From: Trichosphaerium sp. ATCC 40318
Taxonomy: Eukaryota; Protista; Tubulinea
Length of the DNA stretch: 64,000 nt
Reading direction: 5' to 3'
Assembly (NCBI GenBank): GCA_038496445.1
Contig: JALMLS010000538.1
Coordinates: forward strand, 1 to 64,000
Shown: in pieces, positions 38,686-50,173 of the stretch
Layout: each line of letters opens with the position of its first letter
Numbering within the stretch: position 1 is the first letter of the stretch
The notes under the pieces: model-generated
What the model was told of the DNA's origin: nothing
The model's database searches: none
What the model saw: only the letters and a program-made list of their open reading frames with translations
Translations under genes and position numbers: made by a program

Positions 38686-40592
38686 ATGGCGGGTACGTTA
38701 TTTACTTTATACTCTTGTTTTAACAATGTACAGAGGAACATCCATCCACACTGGACGTTAAAGGCGTTAGCAAATGGTTGCAAGCAAAAGGATTCGAGTC
38801 CATTATTGCAGCGTTTGAAGAGGAGGAAATAGATGGAGAGGCGTTATTTGAGATGAATAACGAGTTTCTAAAGGAAATGGGCTTAAAAATCGGACAACGA
38901 GCAAAATTATTAAAACTCCTTAAATTATACAACGAGGACGGTACGAACGAAAACTATATTAGAATCAAGCGACTAAATCGGATACTAGGTGTCGTAAAAC
39001 AAGCGAAAGCGCCTACACCGCTCCCAAGGCCAGCAGAACTCACACAAAAGCCAACGGGACGCGCTCCAGCTAAAGCTGGAGATAGAAAATCATCTATGTC
39101 AGCAAAACGTCCAAACATGCCACCACGAGTAAGTAACAATTCCAATACCATGATCTTTGTATTTAACACTTATTTTCTTTTTCAGGCAGCTCCAAAACGG
39201 CCTCTTACGTCACCTCGAACGAGACCTAAGCGTCCAGTTAGCGTGACACCAAAACCACCTGTACAACAAGTAACCACTGCATCAACTGACACATCCGATA
39301 ATACAACAGACGATCAACCTGCTGTGCCTGCACCAACTGAAAAACCGCCTCCTCCACAGGTAGAAACACTAGACCTAGCCCCAGACGTGGCGCCAACAGA
39401 AGCTGGCTCTGCAGCTACTAGTGAAGCAAGTGAGAAGCCTTCTTGTACGTTGGTATTTGTGAAAGGAGTTATTTATTCTGATTTGTTTCTTTTTTTTTTT
39501 AGCTTCTCGTAGTTCAGGTAATAGTGGTGGTGTTTTAGTACGTTTTAAACGTTGGTTAAGTAAAACCACTTCACAAGAGGATAGTCTTGTGTTATCAGGT
39601 CCTACTGGATTTGTTCATAAAACACATGTTGGATTTAATACAGAAACTAGCATGTTTGATGTACGAGAAGTTTTTCTTTTTTTTTTTTGCTTTTTGTGGC
39701 TTAGCAAACGTCTATGTGACTGATTCAATATTTTATGTCGTTTATTTATTGTGTAGGTTAAAGATATTCCACCAGAGTGGAAAGATTTATTCAAGCGTGT
39801 TGGTAAGGAAGACCCTATAGAAAAACTTTTATTTCTTTTTCAAATGTTTTTTTGTTTTATTAAAGTTTATGTTCTTTACTAGGTATTAAGCCAAGTGATC
39901 TCCGAAACGAGAAAGTAGCACCACTTATATTTTCTGAGATTGAAAAAACAGACTTCCAAGCAGAAGAGGAAGATGAAGAAGAAACAGAAGGTAAGTATCA
40001 CGCTTCATCAAAAAACAAACAAAAAAAAACAATCCAACTAAAAAAAAATAAAACAGAAGGAGATAAATCTGATTCAGATAGTAAAGAAACCTCCCCTTTA
40101 CCCAAAACACCGTAAGCAATATACCAACAATGAACTCTAACGGTTAAAAAGTGAGAAAAAGGTAAACACAACCCAGAAGCCGCCACCGCCTACGCCACCT
40201 GCCAGTCAAAACCGCGGCCAGCAGTACGTGTTTCTCACTATTATACATTTCTTTTTAAGCCATTTTCTTGAAATCTTGAAAAAAAAAAAAAGAAAACGTC
40301 TTGTTAAAGGTTTTCTTTGCTTGTCTGCGCATTTTGTGTTGCTTATGGTTTTTTAATTTTGTTACCCTTCTTGTTAACCATTGACCAACTCGTTGTTGAT
40401 AGGTTTGCTGCACAACTAGCGGCACAAAGCGGCCGTTTACAACATGTAAAAGAAGATGAGAAAAACCAAAAGAACACAACAACACCAGGATCACTTGAAC
40501 ATCGTTTACAACAAGCAATGGCAAAATACAGAAAAGCTGTAGATGGTCAAGATCACGTAGATGATGAAGATGATGAGGATTGGGACGATTAA
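38686..40592 (+). CDS. WASP-family actin nucleation-promoting factor with an N-terminal SAM domain (SAM-PRD-CRIB/GBD-PRD-WH2-C-A)
   Basis: SAM: VSKWLQAKGF...FEEEEIDGEAL...LKEMGLKIGQRAKLL. CRIB/GBD: LSGPTGFVHKTHVGF...IPPEWKDLFKRVGIKPSDL. WH2: FAAQLAAQSGRLQHV. C helix: LEHRLQQAMAKYRKAV. Acidic tail: DDEDDEDWDD. Confidence 0.88.
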
Positions 40593-41309
40593 ACTAGAAC
40601 AGAAAAACCAACAAAAAAAAAAAGAAGTCTGACCTTCCTTTATCTTATTTCTTTCCAAAAGTTTGTTCACAAACTCTTTTGGTTTTCTTTTAAATCTTTT
40701 TATGTGTTAAATAAAAGTTAAAATATAAGCCGTTAATTTGCTTGATTGATCTTGATTAATAAGAATAAAATAGGAAATTGATAGCATTCACAAAATTGCA
40801 AGCAAGTGTAACCGCTTTCACAAAGGCAATTCAAAACTACTTGGACATTTAAACACCACAATATTCACTGCAACTCTACCGTTCTTCAAATGGTACCAAA
40901 AAATACAGTCCGCAGCAATTTTTCTCCATGATTGACCAAGCTGGCTTTGCTTCCATTTTTGATTTTTTTTTCAAAAAACAATATTGAAGGCTTTGGACCC
41001 ACATATGTACAACGTTGACATTTACAGTGACTGGGGATATACAAAACACTACCACATGTGGGTCATGGAAAAGCACAAACAGAAACTTTTATTTGAACAA
41101 AATTCGAAGAATCTTTTTTGGTATTTTATTCAAAACTGCAAATATTCGTATTTTGAGAACGTTATGCAACTCTAAAATACCCATGGCAGTGCTTTAAACA
41201 ACCGTTAGAGCTACTTTCATATTCAATCCATAGGCAAGTCTCGTTCAGAGTAACAATTACTGCCATGCAATGAGTGATGTTTATTAAACTACAAAGAACT
41301 TACAAACGC

Positions 41310-42639
41310 TTAGCAATTAGGTAAAACGCCACACATAACTGTGAAATGATCACTTTCTATTGGCATAAAGAAATTAACTGCGATTGATTTAATACAGAAT
41401 GACAAGAAATGTTCAACACAAATCTACAGGTATTAAAGTTAGTATTTCAGAAGTACTACCAACAAAAAATGTGTACTCTTGTTCCTCCGCTGACTAAAGC
41501 ACGAATTTCTTTCTTTGTGTTAAATACTGGTCCGCCAGAGTTTCCCTAAACAATAAGTGAGATTAAAAACCAAAAAAACAGGTGACTTGCAGAGTTCAGT
41601 GAAGTATCTTCGCTATAATATAAATGGAGAGGAGAGTGTTTACTGATAGTACCAGAAGTGACATACTGATAGCCACTACCATCCGATGGATAACCAAGAG
41701 TTAATATCGTAGTACCAGTGCCCCAACGCCCTGTTTGAAAACCATAATGACCGTTCTCTTAACTTAAAGTAAGGTGCTAAATTAGAAAAAAAAGGTAATA
41801 CGTACGAAAGTCGTTATCCACCTCTATGATACCCCAATCATCCTCGTTTGCTCCATCATCCGCCCACTCATGTGAAACCCACATATTGTGAACTAGCTCT
41901 CGCCCATAAGGTTCTGTGTTTCCGTCTCTTCCTGCCACAACATACGTTGAATCAGTCTCTACATGTAGTTACTACAAGCAAACAGTTTCATAAAACGCAC
42001 GCCAGTCATGCCAACTTCCTCCATCACCCTCATGTAAACAATGTCCAGCTGTCAATACGTATTTGGGGCCAACAACAACACCAGAACAAATGTGATTGGG
42101 AAATTGTATCTACAACAATTAACGTGACAACATAGAACAATATTGCGATTAAAGTACGTACAAATACAACGTTCTTATTTAAAAAATCTGCTGTCGTATC
42201 TGGTATTCTTGATCTCGTACCAAGTAAGTGTCTCTTAACATCGTTCTCAGTAAACGCTGATTCTTCTGGAACAGTTTCTCGCTTTTTTCTCCTTTCAAGT
42301 CGTTGTTTTTGCTTTTGAAAAGTTGTTGGATCGAAATCAACTTTGTATTCTTGACCATCACGTGTGATTCCCAAAAGACCCTTTGGTGGTTGTTTCTTAC
42401 CTCTATGCCTCCTCTAAAGAATAAAAGTATAAAAAATCACGTGGGTTGTGGTTTTAAAGTTTGCGTACGAGTTTTAGTGTTGGTGGTGAATACTTGTTGG
42501 TGAAGTGAGCTTTGCCAAGCATACGTATGTTCGCATTGCGTAAAAGTCTGTTCTTTCGAAGCTCTTTGATAAACTCTTGTCTGGATTCAGTAGATACTAC
42601 TAAAGCAAAGAGAAGTAACAGTAAGAGATGCTTTAACAT
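41310..42639 (-). CDS. Secreted trypsin-like serine protease of V8/glutamyl-endopeptidase type, multi-exon
   Basis: Signal peptide MLKHLLLLLLFALVVST; triad motifs VLTAGHC, EDDWGII and GNSGGPV; AGRDGNTEPYG; LGYPSD. Confidence 0.88.
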
Positions 42640-44708
42640 GTTGCGAGTACTCAGTTTTTTGGTTGTTTTTGGTTTGTGTTTCATTTTGTTATCGTCATGT
42701 CCTTGTCATTTCCCTAACGAATGGCAAGGCTCATTCATTGCGAACACGCGAGTTTAAAGCGATTTTAAACATGCCTACAGCAGAACAAAACAATATGTAC
42801 ACATGATAAAAACATTTACAGATCACATCGTTTAAATTCTTCACTTTGTTTTTGCCCCTTGAAAGTACTGTTTTTATGAGATAAATAAAATTCAAGGACT
42901 CCCTTAGGGAAAAAAGTAGAGAATTTGAACGATGTGAATTGTAAAATCTTATGTGAACTAAAACTAGCAATATTATAAAACGAAACAATATGTGTAAATT
43001 GCTTGTTAGCGCGTCCTTGAGGCCAAGTATAAATTCACACTTTATTTCGCTAGTACGTAAAAAATTGTCCGCAAGTCATACAGTAAATAGCTTGTTATCG
43101 AAGATGTATCTTCTATGTTTATTACTACAAAATTTGCGAAGGGTACTGGACCAAATACCAAACAAACTAGGCGACTAAACTAGTCTGATGTAGTTCATTG
43201 TGTAGGAGAGGAAACAGCTTCTAGCTTTGCCATTGCTCAATGAAACGCGTACTATACCAACGCACGCCCATTCCAAAACACCACAATCGTGTCGCTGTTT
43301 GCTAGGAGCTAGAGAAGTATGTGGGAAAATAGAGTTCGGGTTTTGAAATGAGGCAACTAGTTGGAATACTACAATGTCACTACTTCCTGTTAGTACTGAA
43401 ACATTGTAGATGTATCACATAACGTGTAATAACAGCCGCAAAGTCTGTAATGTGAACAAAATCACGTGATAAAAAAAGTTGAACAGGCCTTGCCTTTTAT
43501 AAAAACAGTATTTTCATTGTAGGATTTAAATGCCTCGAACTTTGCCTAACTTCTCATTGCAACATTACTCGTGTAGTTGCTCACTGCTAAATACGAGAAA
43601 ATAACACGACAACAGATCGAAAGGGTAATGTAGTCGTCACTTGAACAGCCTAAACTGCGAAGGCTATTTAGTCAATGTTTTTCATCATTAAAAAAACTCG
43701 AGCCTTCAACAACTGCCACAGCATATCGTTATGCGTATGGTAGCAAAGTATCCGGTTTGAAGCTTGTGCATGATAGCCAACGCACCTACAATTAAGATTT
43801 AGTGTTAATCGTATCGCCAGTGCGCTTGTTCGATGACGAAATCGTCGTTTGATCCGAGGTATTTCCTTGTTTTCTTTTTCTCTCCAAAACCACCTCAAAA
43901 CCCTGCAAATACTTACAATACGCGTAGATAACGTTTTACATTACATGTCATCGGTTCTTTGACTTTTAGCGTTGTTTAGCACTAAACAAATACCTCAACC
44001 TCACACTAATGGGTACGTTAACTCGGCTGCGCTACTTTTCCTTGAGAGCAATAAAAACCTACAAAAAAAAACGACAATGATTACCAACAGTCCACGAACT
44101 CTGAATGCCTGCACAGCAACGAGTGGTTTACTGCTCACCTTTTGATCTCAATATACAAACAAATGAAACTTCGAACAAAAAACTAAATTACAATTTCGAA
44201 AACAACGCAATTACATTTGTTCTTACGTTATTATCGTAGATACGCCGTCTATCCTACCTACTCGATGTCAACACTCCACTGCATTATGCACTGCCAGACA
44301 AACAAGTAACCTTGCTATCGAGCAGATCATTCATCGATGATTTGTTTTTTGGTCGATCTTAGCATTTTTATGCTTTGCTTTGACCCTACTTGCTCTCTTA
44401 TGACAAGTTCCTTTATTTCAGGGCTCTATGGGAATATAACCTTTCCGATGGAGCTTAGTGATAAAGATACGAACGCTTGGTTATGTTTTTTTATTGAGTT
44501 TCGTCTGGACATATTTTTCGAAAGAAAATAAACATCTTGTGCTCGTTTCCTGTCTCAACGTAGGAGCTGCGCTCATTCGCACTTGTGCTGCTGTACATGT
44601 TGATGATATTCGTCCAAATTAGAACAAGTTTTGTGGTTTTATCTATTTACAGTTGTTGCTTGTACCATCGTTAACTTGGCCTCGTGGGTCGATTAGGGTT
44701 TGTGCGTG

Positions 44709-45030
44709 TCAACCTGTTCGTGGCTTCTTGGTTTTTTGTTGAGACAGTAAATTATCTTGTAAAAGTGCTTCTAAATGTATAGGATCTACTCTTCCAAGCG
44801 ATTCTAGTGTGTTGATTGTTTGTTCGCTGCGTTCAAACTCTTTTTTCAATTGATGCTTTGTCAATAGCATTGAATTAAACTCAAATGCTATGATATCTCA
44901 TTAAAAATAATAATGGTAACGTTATTGTACCTTCTCTGACGTTTTGTTGATATCTTTTGCGTATTTTAGGTGGTAATTGCTTCCCTACGCGTGCATAACG
45001 CCTGTACAGTGCATGAACAGCTGTAGCCAT
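44709..45030 (-). CDS. LYR-motif (Complex1_LYR-like) small mitochondrial protein, 2 exons; missed by the ORF track
   Basis: MATAVHALYRRYARVGKQLPPKIRKRYQQNVREAFEFNS...: LYR tripeptide plus the downstream VREAF Phe motif. Confidence 0.75.
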
Positions 45031-45095
45031 CTGAGTTTAACAACTAAATTTCAGAGCAAGTCAAACTGTATAAGGCACTCTTACAACCTCCCCAG

Positions 45096-46234
45096 ATGGA
45101 TAAAGAGGCTCTTGCATCGAAAGCACAGCACCTACAAAAAGAACTAAGCAATGTGGGTAGACGCCGATTATTTTTTGGTTTTAAGAGCCTGGGGATAATC
45201 GCAGCTGTTGCTAGTTTACCTATAGCGGTTTACACGTATCTTAAACTTCATGATCCTACAAACACGTTTAAAGGCACAGAACTACCACTAGTAAATCTAG
45301 AAGACTTGAGAAAGGTATCATACAGTGATGCAGGCCCGTCAAACGGATTTCCTGTATTTGCGTTCCATGGCTCTGGCGCACGCTTTGATCTTGATCTATT
45401 TGGATCAAATAAACTACCTAACTCATTAAAATCAAAAAACGTAAGGCTCATATCGCTCGATCGACCTGGTTACGCAAGAAGCTCCAAAAAGCCTGGATTT
45501 ACCCCGTTCTCATACTCAGAAGATGTACTGGAAATAGCTAACAAATTACAAATTGAAAAGTTTTCAATTTTGGGAATCGGTTCAGGAGGCCTCTATGCGC
45601 TTGGATGCGCTTCCAAAATACCACCAGAGCGCCTTAAGAATATTGCTGTAGTAGCTGGCACTGGATACAGTACATGGCCTGGTGCTCCAGAAGGAGATAG
45701 CTTTACACGTAACGCTGTACTCTACGCGCCTCCAGTGGCTGAGAGCTTGATGCTGTTGCTACGTGATCGTCTTTTTAGTAACCCAGCCGCAATACGTAAA
45801 TCTCTCATTTCTGGTTCTCCTAGTGATGCTGAATTACTTCGCAATATACCTGTAGATCCAAAGCTAACCATAGAAGGACTTAGGTAAGTCATTTAAACCT
45901 CTGACAGCTGAAAAACTTAGTGTTTTTTTCTTTTTCGTTATTCTCACCTTCTCTCAAAACTAACCTTATTAGACCTGGTGTACATGGTCTATTACAAGAT
46001 ATGAAGAACCAGTATACACCACAGAGAGATTTCGAGCTCTCTTCTATCACAAGACATGTTTCAATTTTTCACGGAAGAGACGATAATTCAAGTCCTTTGT
46101 CTTGGGCTTATTATTTTGACAAAAATCTACAAAATAGTTCATTACATATAACCAATGAAGGACATTTATCAACATTTTATAATAACTTTGATGATATTAT
46201 AGAGTCTTTGGTAGACAACAACGAAGAAAAATGA
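45096..46234 (+). CDS. Alpha/beta hydrolase with N-terminal TM anchor, 2 exons
   Basis: FAFHGS, LISLDRPGYARS, GIGSGG elbow, FHGRDD, EGHLS. Confidence 0.88.
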
Positions 46235-46627
46235 ACAAGAAAAAAAAAGTGTCTTTTTGAACAAAATAAAATATTTAGAATAGAATACAATTCTGCTGGT
46301 TTGTTTCATCGAATTATGCCGGTTACATACGCCAACACAACATGGTTGAAGTTATTCGCTCCACCATGATTATTCCGTTATGACATGGCCATGAAATAGT
46401 TAACAAAAAGCCAAATGACAATAGTTCTTTGAACAGCTCTGAGCATGAAAAACCGGTAGTGTTACATACTCCAAGTGAAGCACACAAGTTCTTGAATATT
46501 GCTGGTCAATAACTAGCAATCGTGTAGTCGTTTCTCAATTGTGTAAGGAGCCACATGGTTTCTTTTGTGACAATGCGATAAATGTTGACAATGAAATAAA
46601 ATTACAAATCAGTGTTTATTGATAACA

Positions 46628-47864
46628 TTATAGCCAATTTCCACTAAATCTTTCTTCCTCCCATACTCTACCTTTCTTATGGTACCCTCTTTGTTCCCAA
46701 AATCCTTTCTTTTCGTTCTTGCAAAACTCCAGTTTGGTAAGAAATTTAGAACCTTTCCAACCTAGCATTGGGGTAAGAAAGAGTGCGCTTTTTTTTAAAG
46801 TTCAACTTTCTTATAAATTTGTTGCAACTTTGCCGTACCATAAAGATGTGGTATTATTATTCTTATCGTCCCATGTTTTGCTGGAAGTGGTTTACCATCA
46901 TATTCAAAAGCTATAAAAGCGTCATCACGGTAGATGTCCTCTCTATCAACCTATTAACTTCGTCAGTAAAGCACTGGGTGTAAACGATAAAAAACTCTTT
47001 TCCAATTAAAGTTGCTTTGAAAATTCTGTAAATATATAGTCATTTGTGACACTCTAGTGTGTAGGACAAGCTTCCCACGAAAGGTTTAACAAACCTCCCT
47101 GAGTGTAGTAGACAAGTACGTAAAATTTTCATTTCAAAGTCCAAAAAAAAAGAAAAGATGATAAAAATACTTCATTCACGTGATAATTATCGCGTACATT
47201 TGTTGTATACCCATCAGCGCCATACTGTAGAATTGATTTCCAGTGCTTTTGTGGTTCTAAGGTATCAATAAAAGTCTTTAACGGGATGCCAGTAAACGTC
47301 ATGTCTAACTTTGACCAAGAAGTTACCTGAAGTTTCAGGTTAGTAAAAAGCGTATTTAGGCTCTTATGCGTACGCAATGAAAGTCGATTGTGTAGGTTTT
47401 AACGCCGAGTTGTTTTAATTGCTTTAAAGTGAACGTTGCTGGTTTACAGTATCCTGTAATCTCTAACTACATAACGTAAGTAATTGTGAGTGCTGTTTGA
47501 CGGAGTTTACCTTCCATGTCTCCAAATCAATTTTGGGGCGTTTTCCTATCTCCTGTGTACACGTTAGTGGTGTTTGAAGTCAACTTAGAAAATACGCACC
47601 ATAACAGTAAACCTTTTGCTCAATTTTTGTCCTGGTGGTATTCTATCTTTGGTAGCTGCTGATTTACCCTTTTTGAGGTACGCTTTCTTCGTAGCCTGTG
47701 TAATGTCAATATCATCCGGGTTTCGCTTTCATAGCGTTTAATAGTACCTCTTTCGCGCGAATTGCCCGCTGTAGACCTTCATTATCTTCTATTTCTATTG
47801 ATTGTGTTTCTTCGCTTTCGCTATTACTCTCAGTTACTTGTTCTTGCGTTGCTACTTGTCCCAT
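46628..47864 (-). CDS. Sulfite-oxidase-family molybdopterin oxidoreductase, bacterial YuiH-like, multi-exon
   Basis: DRIPPGQ, DFHCVTSWSKLD (Mo-ligating Cys), DGYTTN, GWKGSKFL, GFWEQRGYH; N-terminal MGQVAT. Confidence 0.88.
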
Positions 47865-48483
47865 TATGTTTATTGTAGTATGTTGTGTCCACGCCAAATG
47901 ACGATTGGCCAAAATTTCACTGAATTATACACGAAAAAAAGTACGTTGAAGTTCGTCACCTTACATTGAAATTCATCAAAATAATATAGTTTGCTTTACA
48001 CGCAAGATACGAAAAGACACTTAGGGACTGAATTCTACTGAGAGTCAATGAACACGTGAGATCTCACAAAGCGAAAAAAACAGTTTTTGTTTGTGCACTT
48101 TTCATATTTACTGGACAGTACCTCTGATATTGACAAGGCAGAACCTCGCCCATACCAAAATATCGTCCCCATTGATACAAGGGGCGTCTATTGACAGCCG
48201 AATTGGTACTGGTTAAGCTGTTTGTTAAATTTTAGATCAAAGAGAAGACGAAGAGTAAAGCTTGTTGTGGTTGCAATAAGGTCCAACGCGAACGTGGGCA
48301 GTAACAAGTCTCATCGTCGCGAAGCTAGAAGATTGCATTCAGTACCCATAATGGTAGAATGTGCTCCCATGTTGAAAAAAAGTAGAAATTAGAAGAAAAA
48401 AGCATACATTTTGTTTGGTAATTCTGTGAAAAACGTCATCAATATTAAAAAAAACGCACAGAAAACCAAAACACATTAAGGTC

Positions 48484-50054
48484 ATGCAAGAGTTTGATTA
48501 CGTAAACGAAGATGGTAAAAAGCTATACGCTACATACCAAAGTCCAAAAGAAAAAGAGCCAATCGCCTTAATATTGTGGCTCCATGGCATGCACGGCCAT
48601 CACAGTACGTGAATACACCATTAACGTCTTGTTAATTTAAGAAATACGTCGTTTAAAGCTAAAACTGTTATTTTTAGCTTCAGAACCAGATCAAGCGTTT
48701 ATTAAGGCTATGGTAAAGTGTGGTATAGCTGTAGTTGGATATGATCAAAGAGGACACGGTAAATCAGTAACAGATAAACAAAGAGGTTATATTCAAAGCT
48801 GGAAACATTTTATTAACGATGCCGAGTACTTTGTAGAGAGCTACTTTGCAGGCACGTAAAAATCAATTAACGACTTCCACAAAAAAAATCTCGAAGTTGA
48901 GATTCTTGTTTTTCTACAACATGCGAGTCCTGTAGACCTTTTATTATGGATGCATTACAATGCCATTGTATTTTTTTGTACTCTGTGACGTTGTTATTAC
49001 AATGCAAGCGGTCTTGAGTGCTTCGAAAGACGCTAAAGTATGGTTCTAATAGTTTTTTAATTAGGTAACATACCAGAAGTACAGAGACTTGATGTTCCTT
49101 TTTATATTGCTGGAGCCTCTATGGGAGGATGCATAACGCTATTAACAGCTTTGAGAGTCCAAGAAGCTATTGCCAACGATTTAATAGACGATACAGGATT
49201 ATTCTGTGGTGCAATTATGCTCGCTCCAGCACTTTACAATGACCTTGAACCACCGTGGATTATTGTACAAGCTCTCAAGTACAAGACACTTTAAGCTTTT
49301 ATTTAATCTCCTTACTTATTGTTTTTATAAGAATGGTAGCTGCTCTTGGAGGTGGTAAACTTAAATGGGGACCTAAACCAGATCCTACGAAGTTTGAATC
49401 TCAAGAAAACTATGACGACTTTTGTAGCGATCCTTATACCTACTCTGATGCAATGCACCTCTCATTGGGAAAAAACGTCCTAGAAATGACAGATTATGCA
49501 AAGGTACGCTTCCTGATGAAGAAAACAAAACTTGTTGAGCACATGCTAATTTTGTTTTAGACTATCCTTGATAGAGTAACTTTTCCTTTCCTTATTGTGC
49601 ATCATAATGGAGATCCAATGATTCCAGTTCAAGGAAGTCATCTCATATTAAAACAGTGTAAATCAACAGATAAAACATTAAAAGTAGTTGACACTGATGC
49701 GTGTATAGATACACATCTAATCTTTGTACGAGTGAACTAGAAAAACCAAGTTTTTTTTAATCTAACATGCACATCTTAGAACAAGAAACCTGCTCTTAAA
49801 CACGTTACCAAGTGGGTAAAAAAAAGCGTCAAGGTACATTTCTTGCAAAATACCACTCTTTGGCATTTATCACGTGACTGACTGAATTTATTAGGCGCAC
49901 AACAAGGAAAACGATACATCTGCTACTCATTCTAAGAAAAAAGGAAAGAAAAATGCAAAGGTAATTGATCGTAATCACCTTCGCTTCATCAAATGACCTA
50001 ACTCTTTTTTAGACTCAAGATAGCGAAAATAATGCATCTGTTCCAGATTCTTGA
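48484..50054 (+). CDS. Monoglyceride lipase/lysophospholipase-like alpha/beta hydrolase, multi-exon (start uncertain)
   Basis: LWLHGMHGH, YDQRGHGKS, GASMGG nucleophile, PFLIVH...D, KSTDKTLK...H. Confidence 0.88.
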
Positions 50055-50173
50055 AAAAAAATAAAAAAAGCACGCAGAAGAGAACAAGAAAAGACATAGA
50101 AGAAAAACCAATGTAGATAAAAAAAAACCCAAGAATAATAAAAGGAGTGTTTTACTATTAATAACACGTTTAT

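Noticed and set aside
42990-44700. Short ORFs and a possible ATGG|GTACGT micro-exon near 44009
   Set aside because: No convincing multi-exon protein could be assembled. Left as intergenic pending RNA-seq.
47700-47760. Apparent in-frame TGA (KAKPG*) suggesting selenocysteine or readthrough in the molybdoenzyme
   Set aside because: A GTACTA donor after RAKE and in-frame AG acceptors remove or reframe the TGA, and the catalytic residue is an ordinary Cys.
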